From contig OX597817.1 in the NCBI GenBank assembly GCA_951406725.2, positions 148,428,001-148,492,000 of the forward strand: DNA of 64,000 nt. Reading direction: 5' to 3'. The notes beneath the pieces are model-generated. The model was not told where the DNA came from. It was given only the letters and a program-made list of their open reading frames with translations, and ran no database searches. Each line of letters starts with the position of its first letter. Position 1 is the first letter of the stretch. Shown here in pieces: positions 25,902 through 40,727 of this stretch. Origin of the DNA: Octopus vulgaris (Eukaryota). The position numbers and the translations under genes are program-made.

Positions 25902-26087
25902 AAATTAGAGACAAAACAACTATTATGCAAGGAGAAAGTCAAAACGACTGAAGACTACAGAAAAATTTAAACAATTTCAAAGGGAATGAAAAATATAAAT
26001 ATAATATAATATTTTACTATAAAATTTGATTAATCCTAAATCTGATTTTTCCCTGTAAATTTGGATTTATTCCCTAATATTTATTAT

Positions 26088-26175
<88 letters not shown>

Positions 26176-26505
26176 CAGAGAAAAATTACCCAAAACAGGC
26201 AATTTCTACACGCTTGGAGAAAGTCAAAACGACTGAAGACCACAGAAAATTTTAAACAATTTCAAAGGGAATGAAAACTATAAACTTTTACCTTGTTTTT
26301 ACGGTTATACCTACAGGTTTTGGATTTTTTTAGTCGATAAAATAAGATAATTTTATTTACCAGGCAAATCCTCTTCAGTAACCGAGCCGTCCTTTTCTTT
26401 TCATTCCTTTTGAAATTGCTTAAATTTTTCTGTGGTCTTCAGTCGTTTTGACTGTCTCCTAGCGTGTAGACATTGCCTCTTATTGGTAATTTCTCTTTGT
26501 GTTTT
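25902..26505. mobile_element. non-autonomous element with direct and inverted repeats and a decayed hammerhead
   Basis: 25931-25992 matches 26216-26277; 26398-26505 is the reverse complement of 26170-26277; hammerhead motif at 26302-26384 on the minus strand. Confidence 0.7.
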
Positions 26506-27311
26506 AAACGTACACTATTTTATATTGAATAATATGTTGTCTATCGACTTTCTATGCATGCTAAAATTTAATACCCTATATATATATACACACACATTAT
26601 GTCATATTATATCATATACTATTTTGAGCTTCTTTTTTTTAAAATGACTGCATTACCACTCAAAATACGTTTCATATAGAGAAACCCATTTCTATTAATA
26701 TACAAACATTATTTATTTCATAAAATATTCATATTTTCGCAGTCAGTGGCAAATTTACATAGAAAAGAAAATTCCTCAATCATATATGAAAGAGCGTACG
26801 AAGAAACAATGAAAACAATCGCATATTAACGATAGAAATTATCTTTCATTCGCATGGTTAATATGTAGCATTTTATTTAATATGATCAAATAAATACATC
26901 CTAATTTATCACAACTGCTTGTTTGCAAAGAATATGAATCCATGATAATGATTAATAGAATTTATAGGAAAATAGGTTTCGTTCCGACACCCGATGTTGT
27001 CTTGACCATTGTGGATATTTGTGGCGGCTCGCTTTTCTGGTCCAAGCGGAATCTTTCGCTAATCACCGAAGCATTTTATCATAGGACAATTTGTGACAAG
27101 CGTAAAAGTTTAGCGTACTGTTGTCCAATATCAGTGATGAATGAAGAATGAATCAGTAGTAATACGCGTTCATTATATCCATAGTTCCATCATCGTTAGC
27201 TTCGTTAACTGGATCTCAAAACACTGATATTTCATAACAGCATTTTTCTATATAATATTAGACGCAACTACAGATTTAATAATAAAGTGGGTTCTCATTA
27301 TTTTCATGGCT

Positions 27312-27552
27312 TATACAGGGTGTTCAAAGTGTCTTTCCTCACTAAGTATTTAATGGTTTGGAGGCGATTCTTGTACACTGGTCCTTTACTTGCTCCCCAG
27401 AAAAATAGAATGGCGGTGTTAAATCAGGTGATCTTGATGGCGTAGGTGCCTTCGAAAGAATTCGTTCACCGAAAAACTCTTGAAGTAGTGACATGTTGAT
27501 ACGCAGGATGAAAAACATTCATTGCGGAGAGACTTTATGGACACCCTGTATA
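27312..27552. mobile_element. Tc1-like MITE
   Basis: TIRs tatacagggtgt/acaccctgtata with TA ends; internal minus-strand PSRSPDL transposase motif. Confidence 0.75.
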
Positions 27553-27958
27553 TATTTTGATTTTTTTATATTATTTTCTTCCACAGTGAACTTCTTAAAT
27601 TTCATTATGCAACTAGGTAATGGAAAAAAAAGAAACAAATGTTTTCGGGATTAAAGTTTCCGTTGAGGATATTTTCATTTTTATCAAATATTTATCTATT
27701 TTAATCATTTCTGTGAAGTTCGGTTGTGGTCCTTTCTATACTGCAGATAAGCTGCTAATGTCTTTGGATTTTAGTTCTGAAACAATCAGATATAACAACA
27801 TTCGTCTTCTTGGAAGGACAGCAGTGGCCAAAATGAGATAACGAAGCTTAGAGTTAAAGATATTTAAATTTCTACATTTTTCAAATGAGATTTTTACTGA
27901 ATACATTTTAAACTATGTTCATTATTTGTAATAAATTTCGTAGGAAGTGATTAATAAC

Positions 27959-29176
27959 TATTATGTCGTCAAGTATGAAATTTGTAACAAGGTATATGGT
28001 AAACTTCCACAGCTGCTCATTTTGCGCCATTATTATATTTTGACAATATTTTTTTGTTAGAAAGCTGACACATCTATTTCTTTATTCCAACTAATTTTGC
28101 GCGTTATAAAGTATTTATGAATCGCTTTTGCTATTTTTGTTTAGAGATGGATAAGTCGGAAATTCGTACAGTTTTGAAATATGAGTTCTTTCTTGGAAAT
28201 ATAGTACCACAGACTGCTCGGAATATTAATGGAGTATTTGATTATAATGTTATTTCAGAGCAGACAGTATCAAATTAGCTTGCAAAATTTCGTTTGGGTA
28301 AATTTAACCACACAAATGAGCAACGCGATCGACCAGAATCAATGGTGGATAATGACGAACTGAAGGCCACCGTCGAGTCAGATCCATCTCAATGTGCCCG
28401 TAAATTATAGTTGTTGTTTGGTGTTAGCAAGCAAACAGTATTGACTGAGCTAGTTCAAATCGGTAAAGGGAAAAATTTGGAGAAGTGGGTTCCACATGAA
28501 CTCAATGAAAATCAGAAACAGCACGTAGTAGCATTAATCTACCATTACATTACAAAAATCACTCATTCCTGAATCGAATTGTTGCATGTGATGAGAAATG
28601 GATCCAATACAACAACCGTAAACGTTCAGCACAATTGTTTGACAAAGACGAATCACCAAAACACAGTCGAAAAAGTAAAGTTCAACTGATAGCATGTGTT
28701 TGCTGGTCTGGCACAGATGTGATCCATTATGATTTCATTTGACCTGGCTCATCAATCACTGCAGTCAACCGGACCAAATGATGCAGAAACTTAGGAAAAG
28801 ACAACCTAGATTAATTAACCGATCCACTCCAATGTTATTGTAAGACAAAATGACATTGGTGAAACTACAGGTATTAAAGTTGGAAGTTCTCCATCATCCA
28901 CCATACTCACCTGATTTTACCCCACTGACTACCACTTCTTCCAGAATTTGGATAATTTCTTGATAGGAAAAAAATTTAATTCCGACGATTCTGTAAAACA
29001 GGCCTTCCAAGATTTTATTGACTCTAGATTGCAAGGCTTTTACAGTTCCGCGCTGGATTAGCTAAAGCTGAAATGGCAAAAGTGTATTGACAATATGGGC
29101 TTTGATGAATTAAACTATTCCTTGTATTTAGTAAACTTTTTCCTTTTCTACAAATTTCATACTCGACGGTCTAATA
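27959..29176 (+). mobile_element. full-length decayed mariner (DD34D) transposon
   Basis: TIRs tattatgtcgtcaagtatgaaatttgta / tacaaatttcatactcgacggtctaata; transposase about 28147-29113 with MDKSEIR, WVPHEL, CDEKWI, HPPYSPD..PTDYHFF; stops and frameshifts. Confidence 0.93.
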
Positions 29177-29312
29177 AATGATTTATAACAGAGACAATGT
29201 TTATTTCAAAAACACAAGATAGACAAAAGTAGGGAAGGTTTAATTCTATTATTAATTATTTAGTTAACCACGTCCTACAAGTTTTATTGCAGAGAACGAA
29301 CATGCTTTAAGT

Positions 29313-29553
29313 GTAGTAATCCCTCGACTATCGCGGGTGTTACATTCCAAAAACACCTGCAATTGGTGAAAACATGCGAAGTCGAAACAGTACTGCACTG
29401 TATATTTTAAAATTATTTTTATAATTTATTTTATAAGAAATGCAAAACAACACCACAGAGGAATCTACGTACACTTAAATCATAAACCGCGATAGGTGAA
29501 ACGCGATTGGTGAACCGTGATAATGAACCGCGATATTGCGCAGGAATACTGTA
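29313..29553. mobile_element. Tigger/pogo-like MITE
   Basis: Ends agtaatccctcgactatcgcgg / ccgcgatattgcgcaggaatactgta; related copy at 44597-45027. Confidence 0.7.
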
Positions 29554-30227
29554 TATACAGCAAAAATCCGATTAAGAAAAATGAAGTAGGAATGTAAATA
29601 TCTTTTTTCTTTCGTTCTCTAAGTTTGGCCCCTACTGTATGTAGAACTTCCTTATCTATGTTGCCCTTCTACGAAATGGCTAATATGTGGCTACTATATA
29701 TTTTTTATTGATTTACCGAAGAATTTGATATGTATTCCCTACTATATAGCCGCGTGTGAAATTTATAAATTTGCCTGTATCCTGGTATGACAATGCAGAT
29801 TAGATTATCGCTCATAAATTCTTTACTATGTTCTTTAGTAACTTCCTAATAGATATAAACAGCTTTGTTTATATCTTTTATAAAAGGTAATGAATCTGTC
29901 TTAGCTTGGCTCATAAATACGTATTACCGTTCTTTATTATATTTTAAATGTTTCAGTCAATGGACTGTAGCCATGATGGGACACTGCCTTAAGGAGATTC
30001 AGACGATAGAATCAGTCCAAGTGCTTCTTTTTTTAAGTTTGCTACGTATTTCATTGGCCGCTATTACAGAAATGCTAAGTAACAGAAACATAGAAGAACC
30101 AACAGCAAAAGGTGTAATATTTGCAAATGAACAATTTTAAAAAATAAATGGTAAATAACTAACTAAATAAATAAATAAGTGAAAGATGAATAGGAAGGGG
30201 GTACCCTGTCTCTTTCTCCCTATACTT

Positions 30228-30552
<325 letters not shown>

Positions 30553-30779
30553 CTCCAATTGTCATGGAGCCTCAACAAAAAAAAAATAATGCTCTCTTCT
30601 AAACAACTCGCCTCCTCCAACCCAAAAGCCCCACATTTTTTTATATAAATGAAAAAGCTGTTTGTACATTCACAAAATTTTAGTTGACAATTTCGAGAAA
30701 CGAACGAAAGCGTTAATAATAATGAAGAATTAAGTTTTTTTCCAAACATTCTTACGACTTGTGTGTCTGTGTGTGTGTG

Positions 30780-31000
30780 TATACATAGGAGTGTTGAAAC
30801 AGTTATTGCTTTAAGGGTGTTGTGAAAAGCCTGGTTGGAGGTCCAACCTTCCGAGTTCATTTACAGGGCCTAGAAAACTGATGGGCCACTGCAATAATTG
30901 CGTAAATCTGAGAAGGGAATATGGTGAATAGAATCATATTAACTGACCCTACTATAATTTCATGTACCCGAAACCAGAAACATTTCAGCACACCGTCATA
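30780..31000 (+). mobile_element. mariner-derived MITE
   Basis: Imperfect TIRs gtgttgaaa/tttcagcac; internal HCNNCVNLRREYGE* mariner C-terminus. Confidence 0.65.
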
Positions 31001-31517
31001 TGTATATGTGTTTGTGTGTGTGTATGTGTGGGTATATGTGTGTGTGTATGTATATGAATATATCGTTGTATTTCGGGATGGTCATTTTTTTTACCAAATA
31101 AACACGTGCACTATGCATTTGTACTTCATTCATTTATTACTGTTCTTATTTTAACTCATGTCCACTGCCCGGAAACCTTTTCCACACATCTATGACCTCT
31201 TCAGCACCACTTTTCGCCGTCGTGTGTGCCCTTGCTTTACTTTCTCCGAAGGTAATGTTCTTTATGTTGCCCGTCTCCTTTCTCTATTTGTTTCTTTCGT
31301 TGTTCGAAAAAAAGTTCGTTTTCTATGTTCTTGTTTTTTGTTCTCGTTTCTCATTTTGTTCTTTTCTTGACGTTCTTAACCATATATACATGTATATATA
31401 CATATACATGTAGGTATGTACATAAATGTATGTATATATGCATATATTTATATATTATTTATATTATTATATGTTCGAACGCCACGCATCCTTTTCCAAG
31501 AAAGTTTTGTTATACAT

Positions 31518-31652
<135 letters not shown>

Positions 31653-31912
31653 CATGTATTTATGCATGCATATATGTATGTATGTATGTATGTGTGAGCA
31701 CACACACTGACCCTCACACATGCACACAAACAAACTAAAAGAACGTAACTTGAAAAATGGGAAGAGTCAACAAGTCAACAACTATCGACGAGGTTGCAGG
31801 ACACAACGAAAATTTTTGATGTAAAAAATGTAAATAAGTGGAAATTTTACCGGTGAGTGTGTTAAATTATAAAGCATTAAAAGAGAATGACTCACCCCAG
31901 ACACAACAGTAC

Positions 31913-31954
<42 letters not shown>

Positions 31955-31956
<2 letters not shown>

Positions 31957-32135
31957 TGGCGCGTGGCTTAGTGGTTAGGGTATTCGACTCACGATTGTAT
32001 TGTCGTGAGTTCAATTCCCAGCGACACGTTGTGTCCTGACAAAGACACTTTATTTCACGTTGCTCCAGTTCACTCAGCTGGAAAAAATGAGCTGTACCTA
32101 TATTTGAAAGGGCCAGCCTTGTCACAAGCTGACGA
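31955..32135 (+). mobile_element. SINE family C head and body
   Basis: A box tggcttagtgg, B box gagttcaattcc, then gttgtgtcct..gacactttatttcacgttgctcc. Confidence 0.75.
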
Positions 32136-32139
32136 GATC

Positions 32140-32800
32140 CACCAAATTCCTAGACTATAAAGTATGAATCCTCGGCACCTTGCTATAGGGCAGTGAGACC
32201 TGGTGTCTTTACGTCAGACAAGAGCGCAGCCTGAATGCCTTCCACCTGCACAACCTTCGGAATATTCTCGGGTCAAGTGGAAGGACCGAATCACCAACAA
32301 CGAGGTGCTTACCCGTTCCCAGCTATTGACTACTTTCACACCACTACTTCGGCAACGCCGTCTCTGCTGGTAGGGACACGTACACCGTATGCCTGATAGG
32401 AGGTTACCGAAAGATATACTGTACGGGTAACAAGCCTCCTGTAGTCATGCTCACGGACGACCACATCTCCGTTTCAAGGATGTGTGCAAACGTGACAGGA
32501 AGGCCATGAATGTGAATAACAAAACCTAGAAGAACATGACAAAGGACCGTTCCGGCTGGAGACAGAGGCTGAGTATCACCCTGAGGGAAGGCGAAGATCA
32601 CATATGTCAGACAGCAGAGGACAGACGGAGACGCAGGGAGACCGAACCACTAACAAACGACCAACCGACCAACCTCATTTGCGACCGTTGCTGTCGTGAC
32701 TGTCACTCACGCATTGGTTTTGTCAGTCACAAGCGATATGGCAACACCAATCCTATCCAAGGTGCAGATCCATAGCCTTTCGAGACTAACGGATGCCAAT
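32140..32800 (+). mobile_element. RTE-clade LINE 3' fragment
   Basis: [65 protein letters not shown], with stops. Confidence 0.85.
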
Positions 32801-32869
32801 CCATGTATATATGTATGTCTGTCTGTCTGTATGTATGTATGTATATATATGTATATATATATATATATG

Positions 32870-32932
<63 letters not shown>

Positions 32933-34577
32933 CTACACAACACATGCCTACACACGTACATACACATATGTGTGTGCATGTGTTTGTCGTGTGTTTGTGT
33001 GTGTGTGTGCTTGTTCGTCTGCGTGGTCACAGTGTAACGAGCAAAAATTACCAAAATTACGCTGTAAACAAGTTCGTCTGTAGTCATTTCATCTCATCTC
33101 CTGAATAATGCAGTTTTAGAAAACAGTTTCTCTGCCGTAATTTCTGTTAAAATCCAATTTACAAGCCTTCGTCTCTTTTTTTTTTCTTTTTAATTTCCAC
33201 TGCTGTTCTTGTCTTCCAAATTCCTTTCAAATCTCATTTGGTTCAGTGATTAATAAGATTCTACGGATGAAGAATGCCTTTTGTTAGATGAAGTTAAAAG
33301 CTTGGACAATTTAAACTCGATAATATTCGTCTTTGTGGTTAAAGAAAGAGATGTGAAACAATATTGAAAACAATTTTAAATTCTGTTACTTTTGAAACCG
33401 ACGACAGCAATAGTAAATTATTAAGTAGCAGCCATTGTTAAGCTATATTGTTCAAATTTATGATAGAATATCTCCAATTAACCAGAACAGTGATATAAAA
33501 TTAACTCAGGGAACAATAACTTCTCTTTGGTTTTATTCTAACCTCCATTTTATCACAAATGAATCTTTTTCAAACAGACTTGATATCGATTTAGTTAGAT
33601 TTAGCTTAATTCTGTTGTATAGTTAGTATTTTAATGTATTTTAATTTATTTATATATTTCTCTAATTTCGATGGTGGATGAAACAATAAAAGTCAGAATA
33701 ATACATTCTCCGTTTTCCCACACATTCTGCATTTTCATGCTTCAGTCTAGTCGAAATTAAACAAATTATTTCATGTATTTTACCCACTTTTATCATTTAT
33801 TATATTTCTTCTTTGGCGAAGAATGTATTGCAAATGAAATTTCAGTTTGAAAAAACATCATTCCGCATATGGATTGTAATTAGATCTCTCTCCATTTTAA
33901 CGATGAGTAAGCAGTTTTTCAATCGACAAAATCATTGCTCGCTGTATTGAAAATCTAAGTTCCTGGATATCGTACAACTACATATAACATTAGCCGAATC
34001 CTCCAATAATGTCATTGTGACATAAGTGGGGACAAACGCGAACATTTTAAATACAAATAAAATTCACCTGAACAGATACAATCCGTCATTTTCCATCTAC
34101 CCACTTACGCACAAATTCTTGGCTCAGCCACTACTATGGTAAGAGACAATTGCTCAAGAAGTCATCCAATAGGATTGAAATGTGGCTCACGTGACTGAGA
34201 AACCAACTTAAACATTCAGCCATACTACGCGTAGATGCTTCGCACCAATCAATAAGTTTATAATTTACAAGAACTCTGAACCATTTTTAAACGTTAGTGA
34301 CGACAGAATCGTTAATGCATTGAAAATACGAATAGCAGCGTTTCTTCCGACTTATCCATTCTGAGTTCAAATTCCGTCCAAGTTGATTTTACCCCTCATC
34401 CTTTCGGAGTCAATAAAATACTCACCAGCTGAGCATCGGTGTCGATGTAATAGACTACCTTCCACCACAGAAAATGACTTCCTTCGTACTAAAATTCGAA
34501 ATGATTAGAGAATCCATAAATATAATTAAAACATGCACTGATATTGCAGATGAAATTTGTGTAGGTTGGCCAATGCA

Positions 34578-35015
34578 ATAGTTAGTTAGTTAGTTAATTT
34601 TTTGGCTCAAAAGCAAAAAGCAAGGCCATGTAGGGGGACATGGAGTTATGTACAGGGTGGTGTTCATGTAAAGTGTTCAGGCCACTTGAGGTCAAGGGAG
34701 ACTTTGAACAAAACGGTCGTCGGCATCTTCACCATCTCGTCTGGCAGCTTGTTCCATGGATCCGCAACCCGGACGGAGAAAGCTCCTCTCCTTCGATTGA
34801 GATGAAATCGTCGCAGGTAGAGCTTTTCGGAATGACCCCGCAGCCGACGCTCTGGAGCAGGGGTGAAGAACAGCTCTTTCGAGAGGTTACACTTTCCGCT
34901 TATGATGTTGTGAGCGAGAATGAGATCACCACGGCGGCGGCGTTTTTCTAGAGAATAAAGTTCGAGCGTCTTCAGCCTTTCTTCATAAGACAAATTCTTG
35001 AGACCATGAACCAAT
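34578..35015 (-). mobile_element. CR1-clade LINE 3' end with (AACT)n tail
   Basis: ORF 34664-35014 LSYEERLKTLELYSLEKRRRRGDLI..LRGH..FSVRVADPWNKLP; tandem tail at 34578-34597. Confidence 0.88.
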
Positions 35016-35768
35016 AAATTGACTTCACTCTTTACTTCCTATAATAATAGATAAAGCTGCTTCCTATTTTGACAACAGAACTACTGCAGTGATACAACAT
35101 GGAGTCCGCAGGGAAGGGCGCGACATACAGATAGTGCATACTGGCCCCCTTCCCCGAGAAAAGCTCTGTCCAAGAATGTTCTTTATTTTTGGCGTTTTTG
35201 TATAATATGCTGTGCATTATGAATCTGCGATTAGATGCGATACGCCAGTTTGTCATGAGAATTTTCTTTCTTTCATTAACATTTAGTTTATTGTTTCTGT
35301 AATAAGAGTGTATTTCCTTTATTTTTTGTCGTTGTATAACCAGAGTTTGTTTCACTTTTATATTATAATATATGAGTGGTTGCAGAATTTTATTGGATGT
35401 GGAATCTACTGTATCAAAATGAACGAATTTGTTATTGCCTTGTTCTTTAAATTGCCATGTTAATCTTTGGACCCAAATTTTAATTTAACATGTCTTTTAA
35501 CGTAACGTTTCATTATTCAAAGAATGAAAGTTTTTTTTTTAAATTTTATGATCGCGTATATATCGGAATTTATTAGTTTTATGTATACTAAGGCAGCATA
35601 TACCGTTCCTTATTCCTAAGTATATATCAAAATATGGGATGATGTTATGATCTGAATTTATATTTGAGCCACGTTGGATTGCAACTGTGAGGATGGAAAT
35701 ATTTGCATTACTTTCTTTACGTTCATCAGGTTGATAGACTTAATGCAAAATTGCAAAGCTGTAAATGG

Positions 35769-36321
35769 CCCGGATATAATTTTTTTCCCCACGAGAGTAC
35801 CGGACCCCAGTAATGAACTCATTCGCATACAGCCAATCAGAGCTCTCCTTGACTTTGTTGTCAAGTTAACAAACACACACTACCAAGTAAACTCAAAACG
35901 AACGACCGATCGCCAAGTTGTGCCTGATTTTAGGAGACAAGTAATTAGATAGATTTGCATCTATACCTATTTTCGGATTTTATTAGGGCCCCATGTGGTA
36001 AATATGTAGACAGGTACAATGTGAGTAGAAGGTGATGTGTTAGCAACCCTCTCCTCTTACTATTTTACAAAGTAAACAACAACGCAAATAACTACGAAGT
36101 GGCAGCCATGGTTGAAACAAGAACAAGAACAAGAACAACAAGCATTATCAAAAGAGAAGAGAAGCATGGTCATTCCTTAACCAAGAGACCTTATCTTATC
36201 GCCCATCACTTGTTATGCGTTCATAAATTAGTTTGATAGTTAAGCTCTGATTGGCTGCATGCAAATGGGTTTCATAACTGGGGTCTGGAACTGTCGTGGG
36301 AATTAAAATTTCGTGGCCGGG
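35769..36321. mobile_element. MITE-like element with about 75 bp imperfect terminal inverted repeats
   Basis: cccacga..gaccccagtaatgaa..cagccaatcagagct versus agctctgattggctg..ttcataactggggtc..tcgtggg. Confidence 0.6.
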
Positions 36322-37271
36322 ATGGTCATAGCTGGAATGCTATTGATCATAAAATTCGTCAATCAGGCCTTACATGCACGAAAAGGAAACCTAGTGTTGT
36401 GATTCGAAGCATATATTTGAGATATTGAATTTTAACGAAGTTGTAGAACTATTTCTGTAGTTTTCTTATCAGAGTTTCCTAAATATATTCGGCTTTCGAT
36501 AACATCCGTAAAAATATATTATAGAGAAAATGCCTGCAGCTCATACGCAAGCATGACCAACTAACGAAATTCACATCGGTTTACGGTGCATAAACTTATG
36601 ACCTCTGACTTTCTAAGCTACACGATGGGTTTTGGATTTCTACCAGCAGTAGAGAAAGAGAGAGGGATGGAGAGAGAGGGAGAAAGTGAAGCAAATCATG
36701 GAACACAATGTGCTCACTCCTCCGCTCTCTCTTCGCTCTTTCTCACTTTCACCCACTCTAACTCAGTTACATTTACTGACACTCTTTTCTTCTCCCATCT
36801 TTCTTTTACTCTATTTCCTATTATGTACTTTTAAATACTATAAAATAATAGGAGGCGTTTAGACGTCCATAATAATGTATGCCTTTACATATATGCAAAT
36901 CTGAAACTGAAATTACCATGTAGTCGTATAAAACGGTATCAGAATTTGCAACCATTTTATTTCTAAATAATAACAAGAAGAACGAAGAGGAGTAAAAGAA
37001 CAAGGGAAGTAACTGAAGAAAAGAAAGGAGGAGGGATATAAATTAAATATACCATATTTCAGAAAACTTTTTTAGTCAACAAAGAGATAAAGTGTATGCC
37101 TAAAGCCATATTACAGGGAAATAAAATTTAACACGAAACTTATTAAATGTTTGTAGGTTAGAGTAATTTATTGTGGTGGGCAAGCTTGACTCTCACTGTA
37201 ATTTATTTCCTTAATATTGAGATATATGAATATATCTATCTATCTATCTATCTATTTATCTATCTATTACC

Positions 37272-37331
<60 letters not shown>

Positions 37332-37398
37332 CATATATATATATATGTATGTATGTAGAGACCGGTCCGTTGATATTGGTTTATATGTGTATTTGCAT

Positions 37399-37478
<80 letters not shown>

Positions 37479-38068
37479 GAGAAGGGGGGTGAGAGGGAGA
37501 AAGAGAGAGACAGACAGCTAGACGGACAGACAGAGAAAGAGGAACATATATAGACAAATACAGGAAGAAATATGATGAACCTCAGATTCAGTGCTGAACA
37601 TTTGTTCCCGGGGCAATGGTCAGGATTAAGGCTGTTTGCATCGTCTGCAGTGGGCTTTCGTAGTATATTTGAATGCTGGTCGACAACAGTTCTTCAGGGG
37701 AACAATTAATTAAGTTATGTTAACAACAAAACTTATCTTGAGGTGATCATATCTTTCTTTATACTTTCTCCCTGTATCATAACTGTAACACAAGTGAATA
37801 AGCTAGTATCCACATCACTTTACTGGAAGTAGACTCTGATAATCAATGTGGAGCTGTAACTTTAACAGCAAGATTCAAGCATCTAACTGTATTCACTGAC
37901 AATAATATATACTACAGTATAATCCGGATTTGCCCGGGATTAAGTTAGGATTATTAAGTTAATCAAGTTCATTATTTCAAACCAAAATATGTGATATCGG
38001 CATCAAATTTGGGCGAAATGCGTTGACATTGGTTTATATACATACATACATACATACATATCTACATA

Positions 38069-38104
<36 letters not shown>

Positions 38105-38536
38105 TTTGTATATACATATATATATGTGTGTGCAACACACACAAACACACACATACACACACGTACGTAGGTACAACTATTACATACATGTTCTTTTTAC
38201 GCATACATGTTCGCGTGTGTGTGTGTGTTGCCCGTATATCAGCAAAACACTTTTTTCCTCGATGGAAAAAGAACAACAAAGGTTTTAACAAAAACTTACT
38301 CGTCGATAGAGGGGGACTTAAATCCTGTATGCAAACAATAGTGATTTCTCCAACTTGAAAATTGTTAAAAGTTTTGGTTGAAACTATATTTTTACTGCTA
38401 TTCGCTGGTGCCTCTTGTAAAAATAAGTTGACGAAAATGCAGCTAGGATCATGACGAATGTCCTCCACAAACTGGAGCGACATGCGTGCTAATTTGTGCA
38501 TAAATTTCATTCACGCAAACACACACACACACGTAC

Positions 38537-38586
<50 letters not shown>

Positions 38587-38739
38587 AAACACACACATCC
38601 TGCTTTTACATATACAGATATTGCGATGGATTCTCACATCGGAAGCGACGTATGAGCGTTCAGATTTTAGGATTTGTTTTGAGTGATCAAATGCCTGTGT
38701 GGAACATTATCTCACTTCCTCCATGAAATCGACGTCACC

Positions 38740-38900
38740 TGCACTGGTGCACTGTGTACCATGCGTGAATTATCGCAGTGATTGCAGAGCAACGTGACAA
38801 GTCTTTGCTCCAGAACATAACGCACTACTCGGTCTAGGAACTGTAACCAAAATCTCACGATCCTGAGTGCAACACCTTTACCACAAGCCTATGCGCCCTC
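38740..38900 (-). mobile_element. SINE family C-like fragment
   Basis: gagcaacgtga.. and a tRNA-like head (gcgcataggcttgtggtaaagg) on the minus strand. Confidence 0.55.
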
Positions 38901-38904
38901 GATA

Positions 38905-38988
<84 letters not shown>

Positions 38989-39087
38989 GTATATATATAT
39001 GTGCATATATATATATATATATATGTGCATATATATATATATATATGTATATATATGTGCATATATATATATGTGTGTGTATAAATA

Positions 39088-39123
<36 letters not shown>

Positions 39124-39153
39124 TATATATATATATATGTGTGTGTATAAATA

Positions 39154-39208
<55 letters not shown>

Positions 39209-39259
39209 TGGATTTGCTGTGCATGATTCTTTATGTGAGTTCGTGTGTTGAAGCATATT

Positions 39260-39450
39260 CTGTTGTGTCTGGGGAGAGTCATTCTATTTTAACACACTCA
39301 CCGGTAAAATTTCAACTTATTTCGCTTTTATAAAAAATAAAAACAAAAATTAAAAATAAGAAAAATAAAAAAGGAATGAGTGGAAATTTTACCGGTGAGT
39401 GTGTTAAATTATAAGGCACAAAAAGAGAATGACTCCTCCAGGCACAACAG
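39260..39450. repeat. fold-back repeat; arm also present at 31833-31910
   Basis: ttaacacactcaccggtaaaattt / aaattttaccggtgagtgtgttaa and ctgttgtg..gagtcattct / agaatgactc..cacaacag. Confidence 0.8.
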
Positions 39451-39498
<48 letters not shown>

Positions 39499-39515
39499 CG
39501 TCTGTGTGTGTGTGT

Positions 39516-39546
<31 letters not shown>

Positions 39547-39994
39547 CATGTGGACGAGTGTCCTGGGTATGATTTCAAACTGCGCACCGGTAATGAGTTA
39601 ATGGATTGGGAGTTTTAGTGCGTGAGGAACCATATCTTAGTCACTATTATTCCCAGGTCTTCTACTCTGACCCTAATTAACAGCACGTATCAGCGTTCCC
39701 ACTGTGGGTTTACTAGCCTAGTATATATGAGACAATGCCTCTGAAGGTGGGGATGCAGAACTACTCTTCATTGGTGTCAGGGCGCGCAGTAAAACCATCT
39801 GAAGCGAGGAACCCCTTGCTGTTGGAGAGTATCTTCCTAGCAGATGGACACTAATGTAAATGCCGCGGTTCCATGTGTTTACTGACCACTTGCATTTAGC
39901 CTATCAACACGTGCTAATCAGAAGACTTAGAGAGTGGCGTAAATGTTTATCTTTATAATCCAATGACGTACAAATGTGCCTTTATACTCTCTCT

Positions 39995-40197
39995 CTCTCT
40001 TTACTCTTTTACGTGTTTCAATCCTTTTGACTATGGCTATGCTGGAGCACCGCCTTTAGTCGTGCAAATCGACCCCAGGACTTATTCTTTATAAGCCTAG
40101 TACTTATTCTATCGATTTCTTTTGTCGAACCGCTAAGTTACGGGGACGCAAACACATCAGAATCGGTTGTCTAGCGATGTTGGGGGGACAAACACAG

Positions 40198-40230
<33 letters not shown>

Positions 40231-40441
40231 AATATCTATACATATATATACATATATACATATATATACATATATACGACGGGCTTCTTTCAGTTTCCGT
40301 CTACCAAATCCACTCACAATGCTTTGGTCGGCCCGTGGCAATAGGAGAAGGCACTCGGCCGAGGTGCCACGCAGTGGGACTGAACTCGGAACTATGTGGC
40401 TGGTAAGCAAGCTACTTACCACACAGCCACTCCTACGCCTA
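39995..40441 (-). mobile_element. SINE family A
   Basis: Full match to the family. Confidence 0.9.
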
Positions 40442-40696
40442 TGCAACCTCATTTAATATTCCATCTCCTGAGACTCCTATGGCATTGAGAGAGTGGCAAT
40501 GTGTGTAAGCCTAACAAATTGGAAGCACATATTAAGTTATAAGTCCCGGCTGTTTCCCTTCCTTTAATCCACTTGAATCACTGCAGCGAGACTTGAGAGT
40601 CATCTGAACGGTCAAGTACGGAATTAGTAATACCGTTGATAACGAGGAAGCAGAAGGAAACGGCAGTCAACTGTAAAAATAGAACAGTCACGACAC

Positions 40697-40727
<31 letters not shown>

